NCBI GenBank assembly: GCA_051313645.2
Contig: JBNRSN020000014.1
Coordinates: forward strand, 151,838,001-151,902,000
Length of the DNA: 64,000 nucleotides
Direction of reading: 5' to 3'
From: Centroscyllium fabricii
Lineage: Eukaryota
Shown here: piece by piece, positions 15,001 through 30,000 of the stretch
Layout: each line of letters starts with the position of its first letter
How positions within the stretch are numbered: the first letter of the stretch is position 1
Program-made: the position numbers and the translations under genes
The notes under the pieces: generated by a model
The model's input: only the letters and a program-made list of their open reading frames with translations
The model's database searches: none
Told to the model about the DNA's origin: nothing

Positions 15001-18000
15001 CGATTGAATGAGACAGGATTGACTGAAAGAGGATTGAATGAGAGAGGATTGAATGAGAGAGGATTGACTGAGAGAGGATTGACTGAGGTAGGATTGACTG
15101 AGAGAGGATTGACTGAGAGAGGATTGACTGAGAGAGGATTGACTGAGAGAGGATTGACACAGTGAGGATTGACTGAGAGAGGATTGACTGAGAGAGGACT
15201 GACTGGGAGAGGATTGACGGAGAGAGGATTGACTGAGAGAGGACTGATTGAGAGAACTGACTGGGAGAGAACTGAACGAGTGAGGACAGACTGAGAGAGG
15301 ATTGACTGTGAGTGGATTGACTGAGGGAGGATTGACTGAGAGAGGACTGACTGAGAGACGATTGACTGAGAGAGGATTGACTGAGAGACGATTGACTGAG
15401 GGAGGATTGACTGAGAGAGGACTGACTGAGAGAGGACTGACTGAGAGAGGATTGACTGAGAGAGGATTAACTGAGAGAGGATTGACTGTGGGAGGACTGA
15501 CTGAGAGAGAACTGACTGAGAGAGAACTGACTGAGAGAGGATTGACTGAGAGAGGATTGACTGAGAGAGGATTGACTCAGTGAGGATTGACTGAGAGAGG
15601 AATGACTGAGAGAGGATTGACTGAGAGAGAACTGACTGAGAGAGGATTAACTGAGGGAGAACTGACTGAGAGATGATTTACTGAGAAAGGATTGACTGAG
15701 AGAGGATTGACTGAGAGGGAACTGACTGAGAGAGGATTGAATGAGGGAGGACTGACTGAGAGATGATTGACTGAGAGAGGATTGACTGAGAGAGGATTGA
15801 CTAAGAGAGGATTGACTGAGAGAGGATTAACTGAGAGAGGATTGACTGTGAGAGGATTGACTGAGAGAGGATTAACTGAGAGAGGATTGACTGAGAGCGG
15901 ATTGACTGAGAGAGTATTAACTGAGAGAGGATTGACTGAGAGAGGATTGACTGAGAGAGGATTGACTGAGGGAGGATTGGCTGAGAGAGGATTGACTGAG
16001 AGACGATTGGCTGAGAGAGAACTGACTCAGTGAGAACTGACTGAGGGAGGATTGACTGAGAGAGGATTGACTGAGAGAGAACTGACTGAGAGAGGACTGA
16101 CTGAGGGAGGATTGACTGAGAGATGATTGACTGAGAGAGGACTGACAGAGTGAACTGACTGAGAGAGATCTGAACGAGAGAGGATTGACTCAGAGAGAAC
16201 TGACTGAGGGAGGACTGACTGAGAGACGATTGACTGAGGGAGGATTGACTGAGAGAGGATTGACTGAGAGAGGATTGACTGAGGTAAGGTTGACTGAGAG
16301 AGGACTGACTGAGAGAGGATTGACTGAGAGACGATTGAATGAGAGAGGATTGACTGAGAGAGGATTGAATGAGAGAGGATTGAATGAGAGAGGATTGACT
16401 GAGAGAGGATTGACTGAGGTAGGATTGATTGAGAGAGGATTGACTGAGAGAGGATTGACTGAGAGAGGATTGACTGAGAGAGGATTGACTGAGAGAGGAT
16501 TGACTCAGTGAGGATTGACTGAGAGAGGATTGACTGAGAGAGGACTGACTGGGAGAGGATTGACTGAGAGAGGATTGACTGAGAGAGGACTGACTGAGAG
16601 AACTGACTGAGAGAGAACTGAACGAGTGAGGACAGACTGAGATAGGATTGACTGTGAGTGGATTGACTGAGGGAGGATTGACTGAGAGAGGACTGACTGA
16701 GAGACGATTGACTGAGAGAGGATTGACTGAGAGACGATTGACTGAGGGAGGATTGACTGAGAGAGGACTGACTGAGAGAGGACTGACTGAGAGAGGATTG
16801 ACTGAGAGAGGATTAACTGAGAGAGGATTGACTGTGGGAGGACTGACTGAGAGAGAACTGACTGAGAGAGAACTGACTGAGAGAGGATTGACTGAGAGAG
16901 GATTGACTGAGAGAGGATTGACTCAGTGAGGATTGACTGAGAGAGGAATGACTGAGAGAGGATTGACTGAGAGAGAACTGACTGAGAGAGGATTAACTGA
17001 GGGAGAACTGACTGAGAGATGATTTACTGAGAAAGGATTGACTGAGAGAGGATTGACTGAGAGGGAACTGACTGAGAGAGGATTGAATGAGGGAGGACTG
17101 ACTGAGAGATGATTGACTGAGAGAGGATTGACTGAGAGAGGATTGACTAAGAGAGGATTGACTGAGAGAGGATTAACTGAGAGAGGATTGACTGTGAGAG
17201 GATTGACTGAGAGAGGATTAACTGAGAGAGGATTGACTGAGAGAGGATTGACTGAGAGAGGATTAACTGAGAGAGGATTGACTGAGAGAGGATTGACTGA
17301 AAGAGGATTGACTGAGGGAGGATTGGCTGAGAGAGGATTGACTGAGAGAAGATTGGCTGAGAGAGAACTGACTCAGAGAGAACTGACTGAGGGAGGATTG
17401 ACTGAGAGAGGATTGACTGAGAGAGAACTGACTGAGAGAGGACTGACTGAGGGAGGATTGACTGAGAGAGGATTGACTGAGAGAGGACTGACAGAGTGAA
17501 CTGACTGAGAGAGATCTGAACGAGAGAGGATTGACTCAGAGAGAACTGACTGAGGGAGGACTGACTGAGAGACGATTGACTGAGGGAGGATTGACTGAGA
17601 GAGGATTGACTGAGAGAGGATTGACTGAGAGAGGATTGACTGAGAGAGAATTGACTGAGGGAGGATTGACTGAGAGAGGACTGACTGAGAGAGGATTGAC
17701 TGAGAGATGATTGAATGAGAGAGGATTGACTGAGAGAGGATTGAATGAGAGAGGATTGAATGAGAGAAGATTGACTGAGAGAGGATTGACTGAGGTAGGA
17801 TTGACTGAGAGAGGATTGACTGAGAGAGGATTGACTGAGAGAGGATTGACTGAGAGAGGATTGACTGAGAGAGGGTTGACTCAGTGAGGATTGACTGAGA
17901 GAGGATTGACTGAGAGAGGACTGACTGAGAGAGGATTGACTTAGAGAGGATTGACAGAGTGAACTGACTGAGGGAGGATTGACTGAGAGAGGATTGACTG

Positions 18001-21000
18001 AGAGAGAACTGACTGAGAGAGGACTGACTGAGGGAGGATTTACTGAGAGAGGATTGACTGAGAGAGGACTGACAGAGTGAACTGACTGAGAGAGAACTGA
18101 ACGAGAGAGGATTGACTCAGAGAGAACTGACTGAGGGAGGACTGACTGAGAGACGATTGACTGAGGGAGGATTGACTGAGAGAGGATTGACTGAGAGAGG
18201 ATTGACTGAGGGAGGATTGACTGAGAGAGGACTGACTGAGAGAGGATTGACTGAGAGACGATTGAATGAGAGAGGATTGACTGAGAGAGGACTGACTGAG
18301 GGAGGATTGACTGAGAGATGATTGACTGAGAGAGGACTGACAGAGTGAACTGACTGAGAGAGAACTGAACGAGAGAGGATTGACTCAGAGAGAACTGACT
18401 GAGGGAGGACTGACTGAGAGACGATTGACTGAGGGAGGATTGACTGAGAGAGGATTGACTGAGAGAGGATTGACTGAGGTAGGATTGACTGAGAGAGGAT
18501 TGACTGAGAGAGGATTGACTGAGAGAGAATTGACTGAGAGAGTATTGACTGAGAGAGGTTTGACTCAGTGAGGATTGACTGAGGTAGGATTGACTGAGAG
18601 AGGATTGACTGAGAGAGGATTGACTGAGAGAGGATTGACTGAGAGAGGATTGACTGAGAGAGGGTTGACTCAGTGAGGATTGACTGAGAGAGGATTGAAT
18701 GAGAGAGGATTGACTGAGAGAGGATTGACTTAGAGAGGATTGACAGAGTGAACTGACTGAGGGAGGATTGACTGAGAGAGGATTGACGGAGAGAGAACTG
18801 ACTGAGAGAGGACTGACTGAGGGAGGATTTACTGAGAGAGGATTGACTGAGAGAGGACTGACAGAGTGAACTGACTGAGAGAGAACTGAACGAGAGAGGA
18901 TTGACTCAGAGAGAACTGACTGAGGGAGGATTGACTGAGAGACGATTGACTGAGGGAGGATTGACTGAGAGAGGATTGACTGAGAGAGGATTGACTGAGG
19001 GAGGATTGACTGAGAGAGGACTGACTGAGAGAGGATTGACTGAGAGACGATTGAATGAGAGAGGATTGAGTGAGAGAGGATTGAATGAGAGAGGATTGAA
19101 TGAGAGAGGATTGACTGAGAGAGGATTGACTGAGGTAGGATTGACTGAGAGAGGACTGACTGAGAGAGGATTGACTGAGAGAGGATTGACTGAGAGAGGA
19201 CTGACTGAGAGAACTGACTGAGAGAGAACTGAACGAGAGAGGACTGACTGAGAGAGGATTGACAGAGAGGATTGACTGAGGGAGGATTGACTGAGAGAGG
19301 ACTGACAGAGAGATGATTGACTGAGTGAGGACTGACTGAGGGAGGATTGAGTGAAAGAGGATTGAATGAGAGAGGATTGAATGAGAGAGGATTGACTGAG
19401 AGAGGATTGATTGAGAGAGGACTGACTGAGAGAACTGACTGAGAGAGAACTGAACGAGAGAGGACAGACTGAGAGAGGATTGACTGTGAGTGGATTGACT
19501 GAGGGAGGATTGACTGAGAGAGGACTGACTGAGAGACGATTGACTGAGAGAGGATTGACTGAGAGAGGATTGACTGAGAGAGGATTGACTGAGAGAGGGT
19601 TGACTCAGTGAGGATTGACTGAGAGAGGATTGAATGAGAGAGGATTGACTGAGAGAGGATTGACTTAGAGAGGATTGACAGAGTGAACTGACTGAGGGAG
19701 GATTGACTGAGAGAGGATTGACGGAGAGAGAACTGACTGAGAGAGGACTGACTGAGGGAGGATTTACTGAGAGAGGATTGACTGAGAGAGGACTGACAGA
19801 GTGAACTGACTGAGAGAGAACTGAACGAGAGAGGATTGACTCAGAGAGAACTGACTGAGGGAGGATTGACTGAGAGACGATTGACTGAGGGAGGATTGAC
19901 TGAGAGAGGATTGACTGAGAGAGGATTGACTGAGGGAGGATTGACTGAGAGAGGACTGACTGAGAGAGGATTGACTGAGAGACGATTGAATGAGAGAGGA
20001 TTGACTGAGAGAGGATTGAATGAGAGAGGATTGAATGAGAGAGGATTGACTGAGAGAGGATTGACTGAGGTAGGATTGACTGAGAGAGGACTGACTGAGA
20101 GAGGATTGACTGAGAGAGGATTGACTGAGAGAGGACTGACTGAGAGAACTGACTGAGAGAGAACTGAACGAGAGAGGACTGACTGAGAGAGGATTGACAG
20201 AGAGGATTGACTGAGGGAGGATTGACTGAGAGAGGACTGACAGAGAGATGATTGACTGAGTGAGGACTGACTGAGGGAGGATTGAGTGAAAGTGGATTGA
20301 ATGAGAGAGGATTGAATGAGAGAGGATTGACTGAGAGAGGATTGATTGAGAGAGGACTGACTGAGAGAACTGACTGAGAGAGAACTGAACGAGAGAGGAC
20401 AGACTGAGAGATGATTGACTGTGAGTGGATTGACTGAGGGAGGATTGACTGAGAGAGGACTGACTGAGAGACGATTGACTGAGAGAGGATTGACTGAGAG
20501 ACGATTGACTGAGGGAGGATTGACTGAGAGAGGACTGACTGAGAGAGGACTGACTGAGAGAGGATTGACTGAGAGAGGATTGACTGAGAGAGGATTGACT
20601 GTGGGAGGACTGACTGAGAGAGAACTGACTGAGAGAGAACTGACTGAGAGAGGATTGACTGAGAGAGGATTGACTGAGAGAGGATTGACTCAGTGAGGAT
20701 TGACTGAGAGAGGATTGACTGAGAGAGGACTGACTGAGAGAGAACTGACTGAGAGAGGATTAACTGAGGGAGAACTGACTGAGAGAGGAATGACTGAGAG
20801 AGGATTGACTGAGAGAGGATTAACTGAGAGAGGATTGACTGAGAGAGGATTGACTGAGAGAGAACTGACTGAGAGAGGATTGAATGAGGGAGGACTGACT
20901 GAGAGATGATTTACTGAGAGTGGATTGACTGAGAGAGGATTGACTGAGAGAGAACTGACTGAGAGAGGATTGACTGAGAGAGGATTGACTGAGAGAGGAT

Positions 21001-24000
21001 TGACTGAGAGAGGATTGACTGAGAGAGGATTGACTAAGAGAGGATTGACTGAGAGAGGATTAACTGAGAGAGGATTGACTGTGAGAGGATTGACTGAGAG
21101 AGGATTAACTGAGAGAGGATTGACTGAGAGAGGATTGACTGAGAGAGGATTAACTGAGAGAGGATTGACTGAGAGAGGATTGACTGAGAGAGTATTGACT
21201 GAGGGAGGATTGGCTGAGAGAGGATTGACTGAGAGACGATTGGCTGAGAGAGAACTGACTCAGAGAGAACTGACTGAGGGAGGATTGACTGAGAGAGGAT
21301 TGACTGAGAGAGAACTGACTGAGAGAGGACTGACTGAGGGAGGATTGACTGAGAGATGATTGACTGAGAGAGGACTGACAGAGTGAACTGACTGAGAGAG
21401 ATCTGAATGAGAGAGGATTGACTCAGAGAGAACTGACTGAGGGAGGACTGACTGAGAGACGATTGACTGAGGGAGGATTGACTGAGAGAGGATTGACTGA
21501 GAGAGGATTGACTGAGGTAAGGTTGACTGAGAGAGGACTGACTGAGAGAGGATGGACTGAGAGACGATTGAATGAGAGAGGATTGACTGAGAGAGGATTG
21601 AATGAGAGAGGATTGAATGAGAGAGGATTGACTGAGAGAGGATTGACTGAGAGAGGATTGACTGAGAGAGTATTGACTGAGGGAGGATTGGCTGAGAGAG
21701 GATTGACTGAGAGACGATTGGCTGAGAGAGAACTGACTCAGAGAGAACTGACTGAGGGAGGATTGACTGAGAGAGGATTGACTGAGAGAGAACTGACTGA
21801 GAGAGGACTGACTGAGGGAGGATTGACTGAGAGATGATTGACTGAGAGAGGACTGACAGAGTGAACTGACTGAGAGAGATCTGAACGAGAGAGGATTGAC
21901 TCAGAGAGAACTGACTGAGGGAGGACTGACTGAGAGACGATTGACTGAGGGAGGATTGACTGAGAGAGGATTGACTGAGAGAGGATTGACTGAGGTAAGG
22001 TTGACTGAGAGAGGACTGACTGAGAGAGGATTGACTGAGAGACGATTGAATGAGAGAGAATTGACTGAGAGAAGATTGAATGAGAGAGGATTGAATGAGA
22101 GAGGATTGACTGAGAGAGGATTGACTGAGGTAGGATTGATTGAATGAGGATTGACTGAGAGAGGATTGACTGAGAGAGGATTGACTGAGAGAGGATTGAC
22201 TGAGAGAGGATTGACTCAGTGAGGATTGACTGAGAGAGGATTGACTGAGAGAGGACTGACTGGGAGAGGATTGACTGAGAGAGGATTGACTGAGAGAGGA
22301 CTGACTGAGAGAACTGACTGAGAGAGAACTGAACGAGTGAGGACAGACTGAGAGAGGATTGACTGTGAGTGGATTGACTGAGGGAGGATTGACTGAGAGA
22401 GGACTGACTGAGAGACGATTGACTGAGAGAGGATTGACTGAGAGACGATTGACTGAGGGAGGATTGACTGAGAGAGGACTGACTGAGAGAGGACTGACTG
22501 AGAGAGGATTGACTGAGAGAGGATTAACTGAGAGAGGATTGACTGTGGGAGGACTGACTGAGAGAGAACTGACTGAGAGAGAACTGACTGAGAGAGGATT
22601 GACTGAGAGAGGATTGACTGAGAGAGGATTGACTCAGTGAGGATTGACTGAGAGAGGAATGACTGAGAGAGGATTGACTGAGAGAGAAGTGACTGAGAGA
22701 GGATTAACTGAGGGAGAACTGACTGAGAGATGATTTACTGAGAAAGGATTGACTGAGAGAGGATTGACTGAGAGGGAACTGACTGAGAGAGGATTGAATG
22801 AGGGAGGACTGACTGAGAGATGATTGACTGAGAGAGGATTGACTGAGAGAGGATTGACTAAGAGAGGATTGACTGAGAGAGGATTAACTGAGAGAGGATT
22901 GACTGTGAGAGGATTGACTGAGAGAGGATTAACTGAGAGAGGATTGACTGAGAGAGGATTGACTGAGAGAGGATTAACTGAGAGAGGATTGACTGAGAGA
23001 GGATTGACTGAGAGAGGATTGACTGAGGGAGGATTGGCTGAGAGAGGATTGACTGAGAGACGATTGGCTGAGAGAGAACTGACTCAGAGAGAACTGACTG
23101 AGGGAGGATTGACTGAGAGAGGATTGACTGAGAGAGAACTGACTGAGAGAGGACTGACTGAGGGAGGATTGACTGAGAGAGGATTGACTGAGAGAGGACT
23201 GACAGAGTGAACTGACTGAGAGAGATCTGAACGAGAGAGGATTGACTCAGAGAGAACTGACTGAGGGAGGACTGACTGAGAGACGATTGACTGAGGGAGG
23301 ATTGACTGAGAGAGGATTGACTGAGAGAGGATTGACTGAGAGAGGATTGACTGAGAGAGGATTGACTGAGGGAGGATTGACTGAGAGAGGACTGACTGAG
23401 AGAGGATTGACTGAGAGATGATTGAATGAGAGAGGATTGACTGAGAGAGGATTGAATGAGAGAGGATTGAATGAGAGAGGATTGACTGAGAGAGGATTGA
23501 CTGAGGTAGGATTGACTGAGAGAGGATTGACTGAGAGAGGATTGACTGAGAGAGGATTGACTGAGAGAGGATTGACTGAGAGAGGGTTGACTCAGTGAGG
23601 ATTGACTGAGAGAGGATTGACTGAGAGAGGACTGACTGAGAGAGGATTGACTTAGAGAGGATTGACAGAGTGAACTGACTGAGGGAGGATTGACTGAGAG
23701 AGGATTGACTGAGAGAGAACTGACTGAGAGAGGACTGACTGAGGGAGGATTTACTGAGAGAGGATTGACTGAGAGAGGACTGACAGAGTGAACTGACTGA
23801 GAGAGAACTGAACGAGAGAGGATTGACTCAGAGAGAACTGACTGAGGGAGGACTGACTGAGAGACGATTGACTGAGGGAGGATTGACTGAGAGAGGATTG
23901 ACTGAGAGAGGATTGACTGAGTGAGGATTGACTGAGAGAGGACTGACTGAGAGAGGATTGACTGAGAGACGATTGAATGAGAGAGGATTGACTGAGAGAG

Positions 24001-27000
24001 GATTGAATGAGAGAGGATTGAATGAGAGAGGATTGACTGAGAGAGGATTGACTGAGGTAGGATTGACTGAGAGAGGATTGACTGAGAGAGGATTGACTGA
24101 GAGAGAATTGACTGAGAGAGTATTGACTGAGAGAGGATTGACTCAGTGAGGATTGACTGAGGTAGGATTGACTGAGAGAGGATTGACTGAGAGAGGATTG
24201 ACTGAGAGAGGATTGACTGAGAGAGGATTGACTGAGAGAGGGTTGACTCAGTGAGGATTGACTGAGAGAGGATTGAATGAGAGAGGACTGACTGAGAGAG
24301 GATTGACTTAGAGAGGATTGACAGAGTGAACTGACTGAGGGAGGATTGACTGAGAGAGGATTGACTGAGAGAGAACTGACTGAGAGAGGACTGACTGAGG
24401 GAGGATTTACTGAGAGAGGATTGACTGAGAGAGGACTGACAGAGTGAACTGACTGAGAGAGAACTGAACGAGAGAGGATTGACTCAGAGAGAACTGACTG
24501 AGGGAGGATTGACTGAGAGACGATTGAATGAGAGAGGATTGACTGAGAGAGGATTGAATGAGAGAGGATTGAATGAGAGAGGATTGACTGAGAGAGGATT
24601 GACTGAGGTAGGATTGACTGAGAGAGGACTGACTGAGAGAGGATTGACTGAGAGAGGATTGACTGAGAGAGGACTGACTGAGAGAACTGACTGAGAGAGA
24701 ACTGAACGGGAGAGGACTGACTGAGAGAGGATTGACAGAGAGGATTGACTGAGGGAGGATTGACTGAGAGAGGACTGACAGAGAGATGATTGACTGAGTG
24801 AGGACTGACTGAGGGAGGATTGAGTGAAAGAGGATTGAATGAGAGAGGATTGAATGAGAGAGGATTGACTGAGAGAGGATTGATTGAGAGAGGACTGACT
24901 GAGAGAACTGACTGAGAGAGAACTGAACGAGAGAGGACAGACTGAGAGAGGATTGACTGTGAGTGGATTGACTGAGGGAGGATTGACTGAGAGAGGACTG
25001 ACTGAGAGACGATTGACTGAGAGAGGATTGACTGAGAGACGATTGACTGAGGGAGGATTGACTGAGAGAGGACTGACTGAGAGAGGACTGACTGAGAGAG
25101 GATTGACTGAGAGAGGATTGACTGAGAGAGGATTGACTGTGGGAGGACTGACTGAGAGAGAACTGACTGAGAGAGAACTGACTGAGAGAGGATTGACTGA
25201 GAGAGGATTGACTGAGAGAGGATTGACTCAGTGAGGATTGACTGAGAGAGGATTGACTGAGAGAGGACTGACTGAGAGAGAACTGACTGAGAGAGGATTA
25301 ACTGAGGGAGAACTGACTGAGAGAGGAATGACTGAGAGAGGATTGACTGAGAGAGGATTAACTGAGAGAGGATTGACTGAGGGAGGACTGACTGAGAGAT
25401 GATTTAATGAGAGAGGATTGACTGAGAGAGGATTGACTGAGAGAGAACTGACTGAGAGAGGATTGAATGAGGGAGGACTGACTGAGAGATGATTTACTGA
25501 GAGTGGATTGACTGAGAGAGGATTGACTGAGAGAGAACTGACTGAGAGAGGATTGACTGAGAGAGGATTGACTGAGAGAGGATTGACTGAGAGAGGATTG
25601 ACTGAGAGAGGATTGACTAAGAGAGGATTGACTGAGAGAGGATTAACTGAGAGAGGATTGACTGTGAGAGGATTGACTGAGAGAGGATTAACTGAGAGAG
25701 GATTGACTGAGAGAGGATTGACTGAGAGAGGATTAACTGAGAGAGGATTGACTGAGAGAGGATTGACTGAGAGAGTATTGACTGAGGGAGGATTGGCTGA
25801 GAGAGGATTGACTGAGAGACGATTGGCTGAGAGAGAACTGACTCAGAGAGAACTGACTGAGGGAGGATTGACTGAGAGAGGATTGACTGAGAGAGAACTG
25901 ACTGAGAGAGGACTGACTGAGGGAGGATTGACTGAGAGATGATTGACTGAGAGAGGACTGACAGAGTGAACTGACTGAGAGAGATCTGAACGAGAGAGGA
26001 TTGACTCAGAGAGAACTGACTGAGGGAGGACTGACTGAGAGACGATTGACTGAGGGAGGATTGACTGAGAGAGGATTGACTGAGAGAGGATTGACTGAGG
26101 TAAGGTTGACTGAGAGAGGACTGACTGAGAGAGGATTGACTGAGAGACGATTGAATGAGAGAGGATTGACTGAGAGAGGATTGAATGAGAGAGGATTGAA
26201 TGAGAGAGGATTGACTGAGAGAGGATTGACTGAGAGAGGATTGACTGAGAGATTATTGACTGAGGGAGGATTGGCTGAGAGAGGACTGACTGAGAGACGA
26301 TTGGCTGAGAGAGAACTGACTCAGAGAGAACTGACTGAGGGAGGATTGACTGAGAGAGGATTGACTGAGAGAGAACTGACTGAGAGAGGACTGACTGAGG
26401 GAGGATTGACTGAGAGATGATTGACTGAGAGAGGACTGACAGAGTGAACTGACTGAGAGAGATCTGAACGAGAGAGGATTGACTCAGAGAGAACTGACTG
26501 AGGGAGGACTGACTGAGAGACGATTGACTGAGGGAGGATTGACTGAGAGAGGATTGACTGAGAGAGGATTGACTGAGGTAAGGTTGACTGAGAGAGGACT
26601 GACTGAGAGAGGATTGACTGAGAGACGATTGAATGAGAGAGGATTGACTGAGAGAGGATTGAATGAGAGAGGATTGAATGAGAGAGGATTGACTGAGAGA
26701 GGATTGACTGAGGTAGGATTGATTGAGAGAGGATTGACTGAGAGAGGATTGACTGAGAGAGGATTGACTGAGAGAGGATTGACTGAGAGAGGATTGACTC
26801 AGTGAGGATTGACTGAGAGAGGATTGACTGAGAGAGGACTGACTGGGAGAGGATTGACTGAGAGAGGATTGACTGAGAGAGGACTGACTGAGAGAACTGA
26901 CTGAGAGAGAACTGAACGAGTGAGGACAGACTGAGAGAGGATTGACTGTGAGTGGATTGACTGAGGGAGGATTGACTGAGAGAGGACTGACTGAGAGACG

Positions 27001-30000
27001 ATTGACTGAGAGAGGATTGACTGAGAGACGATTGACTGAGGGAGGATTGACTGAGAGAGGACTGACTGAGAGAGGACTGACTGAGAGAGGATTGACTGAG
27101 AGAGGATTAACTGAGAGAGGATTGACTGTGGGAGGACTGACTGAGAGAGAACTGACTGAGAGAGAACTGACTGAGAGAGGATTGACTGAGAGAGGATTGA
27201 CTGAGAGAGGATTGACTCAGTGAGGATTGACTGAGAGAGGAATGACTGAGAGAGGATTGACTGAGAGAGAACTGACTGAGAGAGGATTAACTGAGGGAGA
27301 ACTGACTGAGAGATGATTTACTGAGAAAGGATTGACTGAGAGAGGATTGACTGAGAGGGAACTGACTGAGAGAGGATTGAATGAGGGAGGACTGACTGAG
27401 AGATGATTGACTGAGAGAGGATTGACTGAGAGAGGATTGACTAAGAGAGGATTGACTGAGAGAGGATTAACTGAGAGAGGATTGACTGTGAGAGGATTGA
27501 CTGAGAGAGGATTAACTGAGAGAGGATTGACTGAGAGAGGATTGACTGAGAGAGAATTAACTGAGAGAGGATTGACTGAGAGAGTATTGACTGAGAGAGG
27601 ATTGACTGAGGGAGGATTGGCTGAGAGAGGATTGACTGAGAGACGATTGGCTGAGAGAGAACTGACTCAGAGAGAACTGACTGAGGGAGAATTGACTGAG
27701 AGAGGATTGACTGAGAGAGAACTGACTGAGAGAGGACTGACTGAGGGAGGATTGACTGAGAGAGGATTGACTGAGAGAGGACTGACAGAGTGAACTGACT
27801 GAGAGAGATCTGAACGAGAGAGGATTGACTCAGAGAGAACTGACTGAGGGAGGACTGACTGAGAGACGATTGACTGAGGGAGGATTGACTGAGAGAGGAT
27901 TGACTGAGAGAGGATTGACTGAGAGAGGATTGACTGAGAGAGGATTGACTGAGGGAGGATTGACTGAGAGAGGACTGACTGAGAGAGGATTGACTGAGAG
28001 ATGATTGAATGAGAGAGGATTGACTGAGAGAGGATTGAATGAGAGAGGATTGAATGAGAGAGGATTGACTGAGAGAGGATTGACTGAGGTAGGATTGACT
28101 GAGAGAGGATTGACTGAGAGAGGATTGACTGAGAGAGGATTGACTGAGAGAGGATTGACTGAGAGAGGGTTGACTCAGTGAGGATTGACTGAGAGAGGAT
28201 TGACTGAGAGAGGACTGACTGAGAGAGGATTGACTTAGAGAGGATTGACAGAGTGAACTGACTGAGGGAGGATTGACTGAGAGAGGATTGACTGAGAGAG
28301 AACTGACTGAGAGAGGACTGACTGAGGGAGGATTTACTGAGAGAGGATTGACTGAGAGAGGACTGACAGAGTGAACTGACTGAGAGAGAACTGAACGAGA
28401 GAGGATTGACTCAGAGAGAACTGACTGAGGGAGGACTGACTGAGAGACGATTGACTGAGGGAGGATTGACTGAGAGAGGATTGACTGAGAGAGGATTGAC
28501 TGAGGGAGGATTGACTGAGAGAGGACTGACTGAGAGAGGATTGACTGAGAGACGATTGAATGATAGAGGATTGACTGAGAGAGGATTGAATGAGAGAGGA
28601 TTGAATGAGAGAGGATTGACTGAGAGAGGATTGACTGAGGTAGGATTGACTGAGAGAGGATTGACTGAGAGAGGATTGACTGAGAGAGAATTGACTGAGA
28701 GAGTATTGACTGAGAGAGGATTGACTCAGTGAGGATTGACTGAGGTAGGATTGACTGAGAGTGGATTGACTGAGAGAGGATTGACTGAGAGAGGATTGAC
28801 TGAGAGAGGATTGACTGAGAGAGGGTTGACTCAGTGAGGATTGACTGAGAGAGGATTGAATGAGAGAGGACTGACTGAGAGAGGATTGACTTAGAGAGGA
28901 TTGACAGAGTGAACTGACTGAGGGAGGATTGACTGAGAGAGGATTGACTGAGAGAGAACTGACTGAGAGAGGACTGACTGAGGGAGGATTTACTGAGAGA
29001 GGATTGACTGAGAGAGGACTGACAGAGTGAACTGACTGAGAGAGAACTGTACGAGAGAGGATTGACTCAGAGAGAACTGACTGAGGGAGGATTGACTGAG
29101 AGACGATTGACTGAGGGAGGATTGACTGAGAGAGGATTGACTGAGAGAGGATTGACTGAGGGAGGATTGACTGAGAGAGGACTGACTGAGAGAGGATTGA
29201 CTGAGAGACGATTGAATGAGAGAGGATTGACTGAGAGAGGATTGAATGAGAGAGGATTGAATGAGAGAGGATTGACTGAGAGAGGATTGACTGAGGTAGG
29301 ATTGACTGAGAGAGGACTGACTGAGAGAGGATTGACTGAGAGAGGATTGACTGAGAGAGGACTGACTGAGAGAACTGACTGAGAGAGAACTGAACGAGAG
29401 AGGACTGACTGAGAGAGGATTGACAGAGAGGATTGACTGAGGGAGGATTGACTGAGAGAGGACTGACAGAGAGATGATTGACTGATTGAGGACTGACTGA
29501 GGGAGGATTGAGTGAAAGAGGATTGAATGAGAGAGGATTGAATGAGAGAGGATTGACTGAGAGAGGATTGATTGAGAGAGGACTGACTGAGAGAACTGAC
29601 TGAGAGAGAACTGAACGAGAGAGGACAGACTGAGAGAGGATTGACTGTGAGTGGATTGACTGAGGGAGGATTGACTGAGAGAGGACTGACTGAGAGACGA
29701 TTGACTGAGAGAGGATTGACTGAGAGACGATTGACTGAGGGAGGATTGACTGAGAGAGGACTGACTGAGAGAGGGCTGACTGAGAGAGGATTGACTGAGA
29801 GAGGATTGACTGAGAGAGGATTGACTGTGGGAGGACTGACTGAGAGAGAACTGACTGAGAGAGAACTGACTGAGAGAGGATTGACTGAGAGAGGATTGAC
29901 TGAGAGAGGATTGACTCAGTGAGGATTGACTGAGAGAGGATTGACTGAGAGAGGACTGACTGAGAGAGAACTGACTGAGAGAGGATTAACTGAGGGAGAA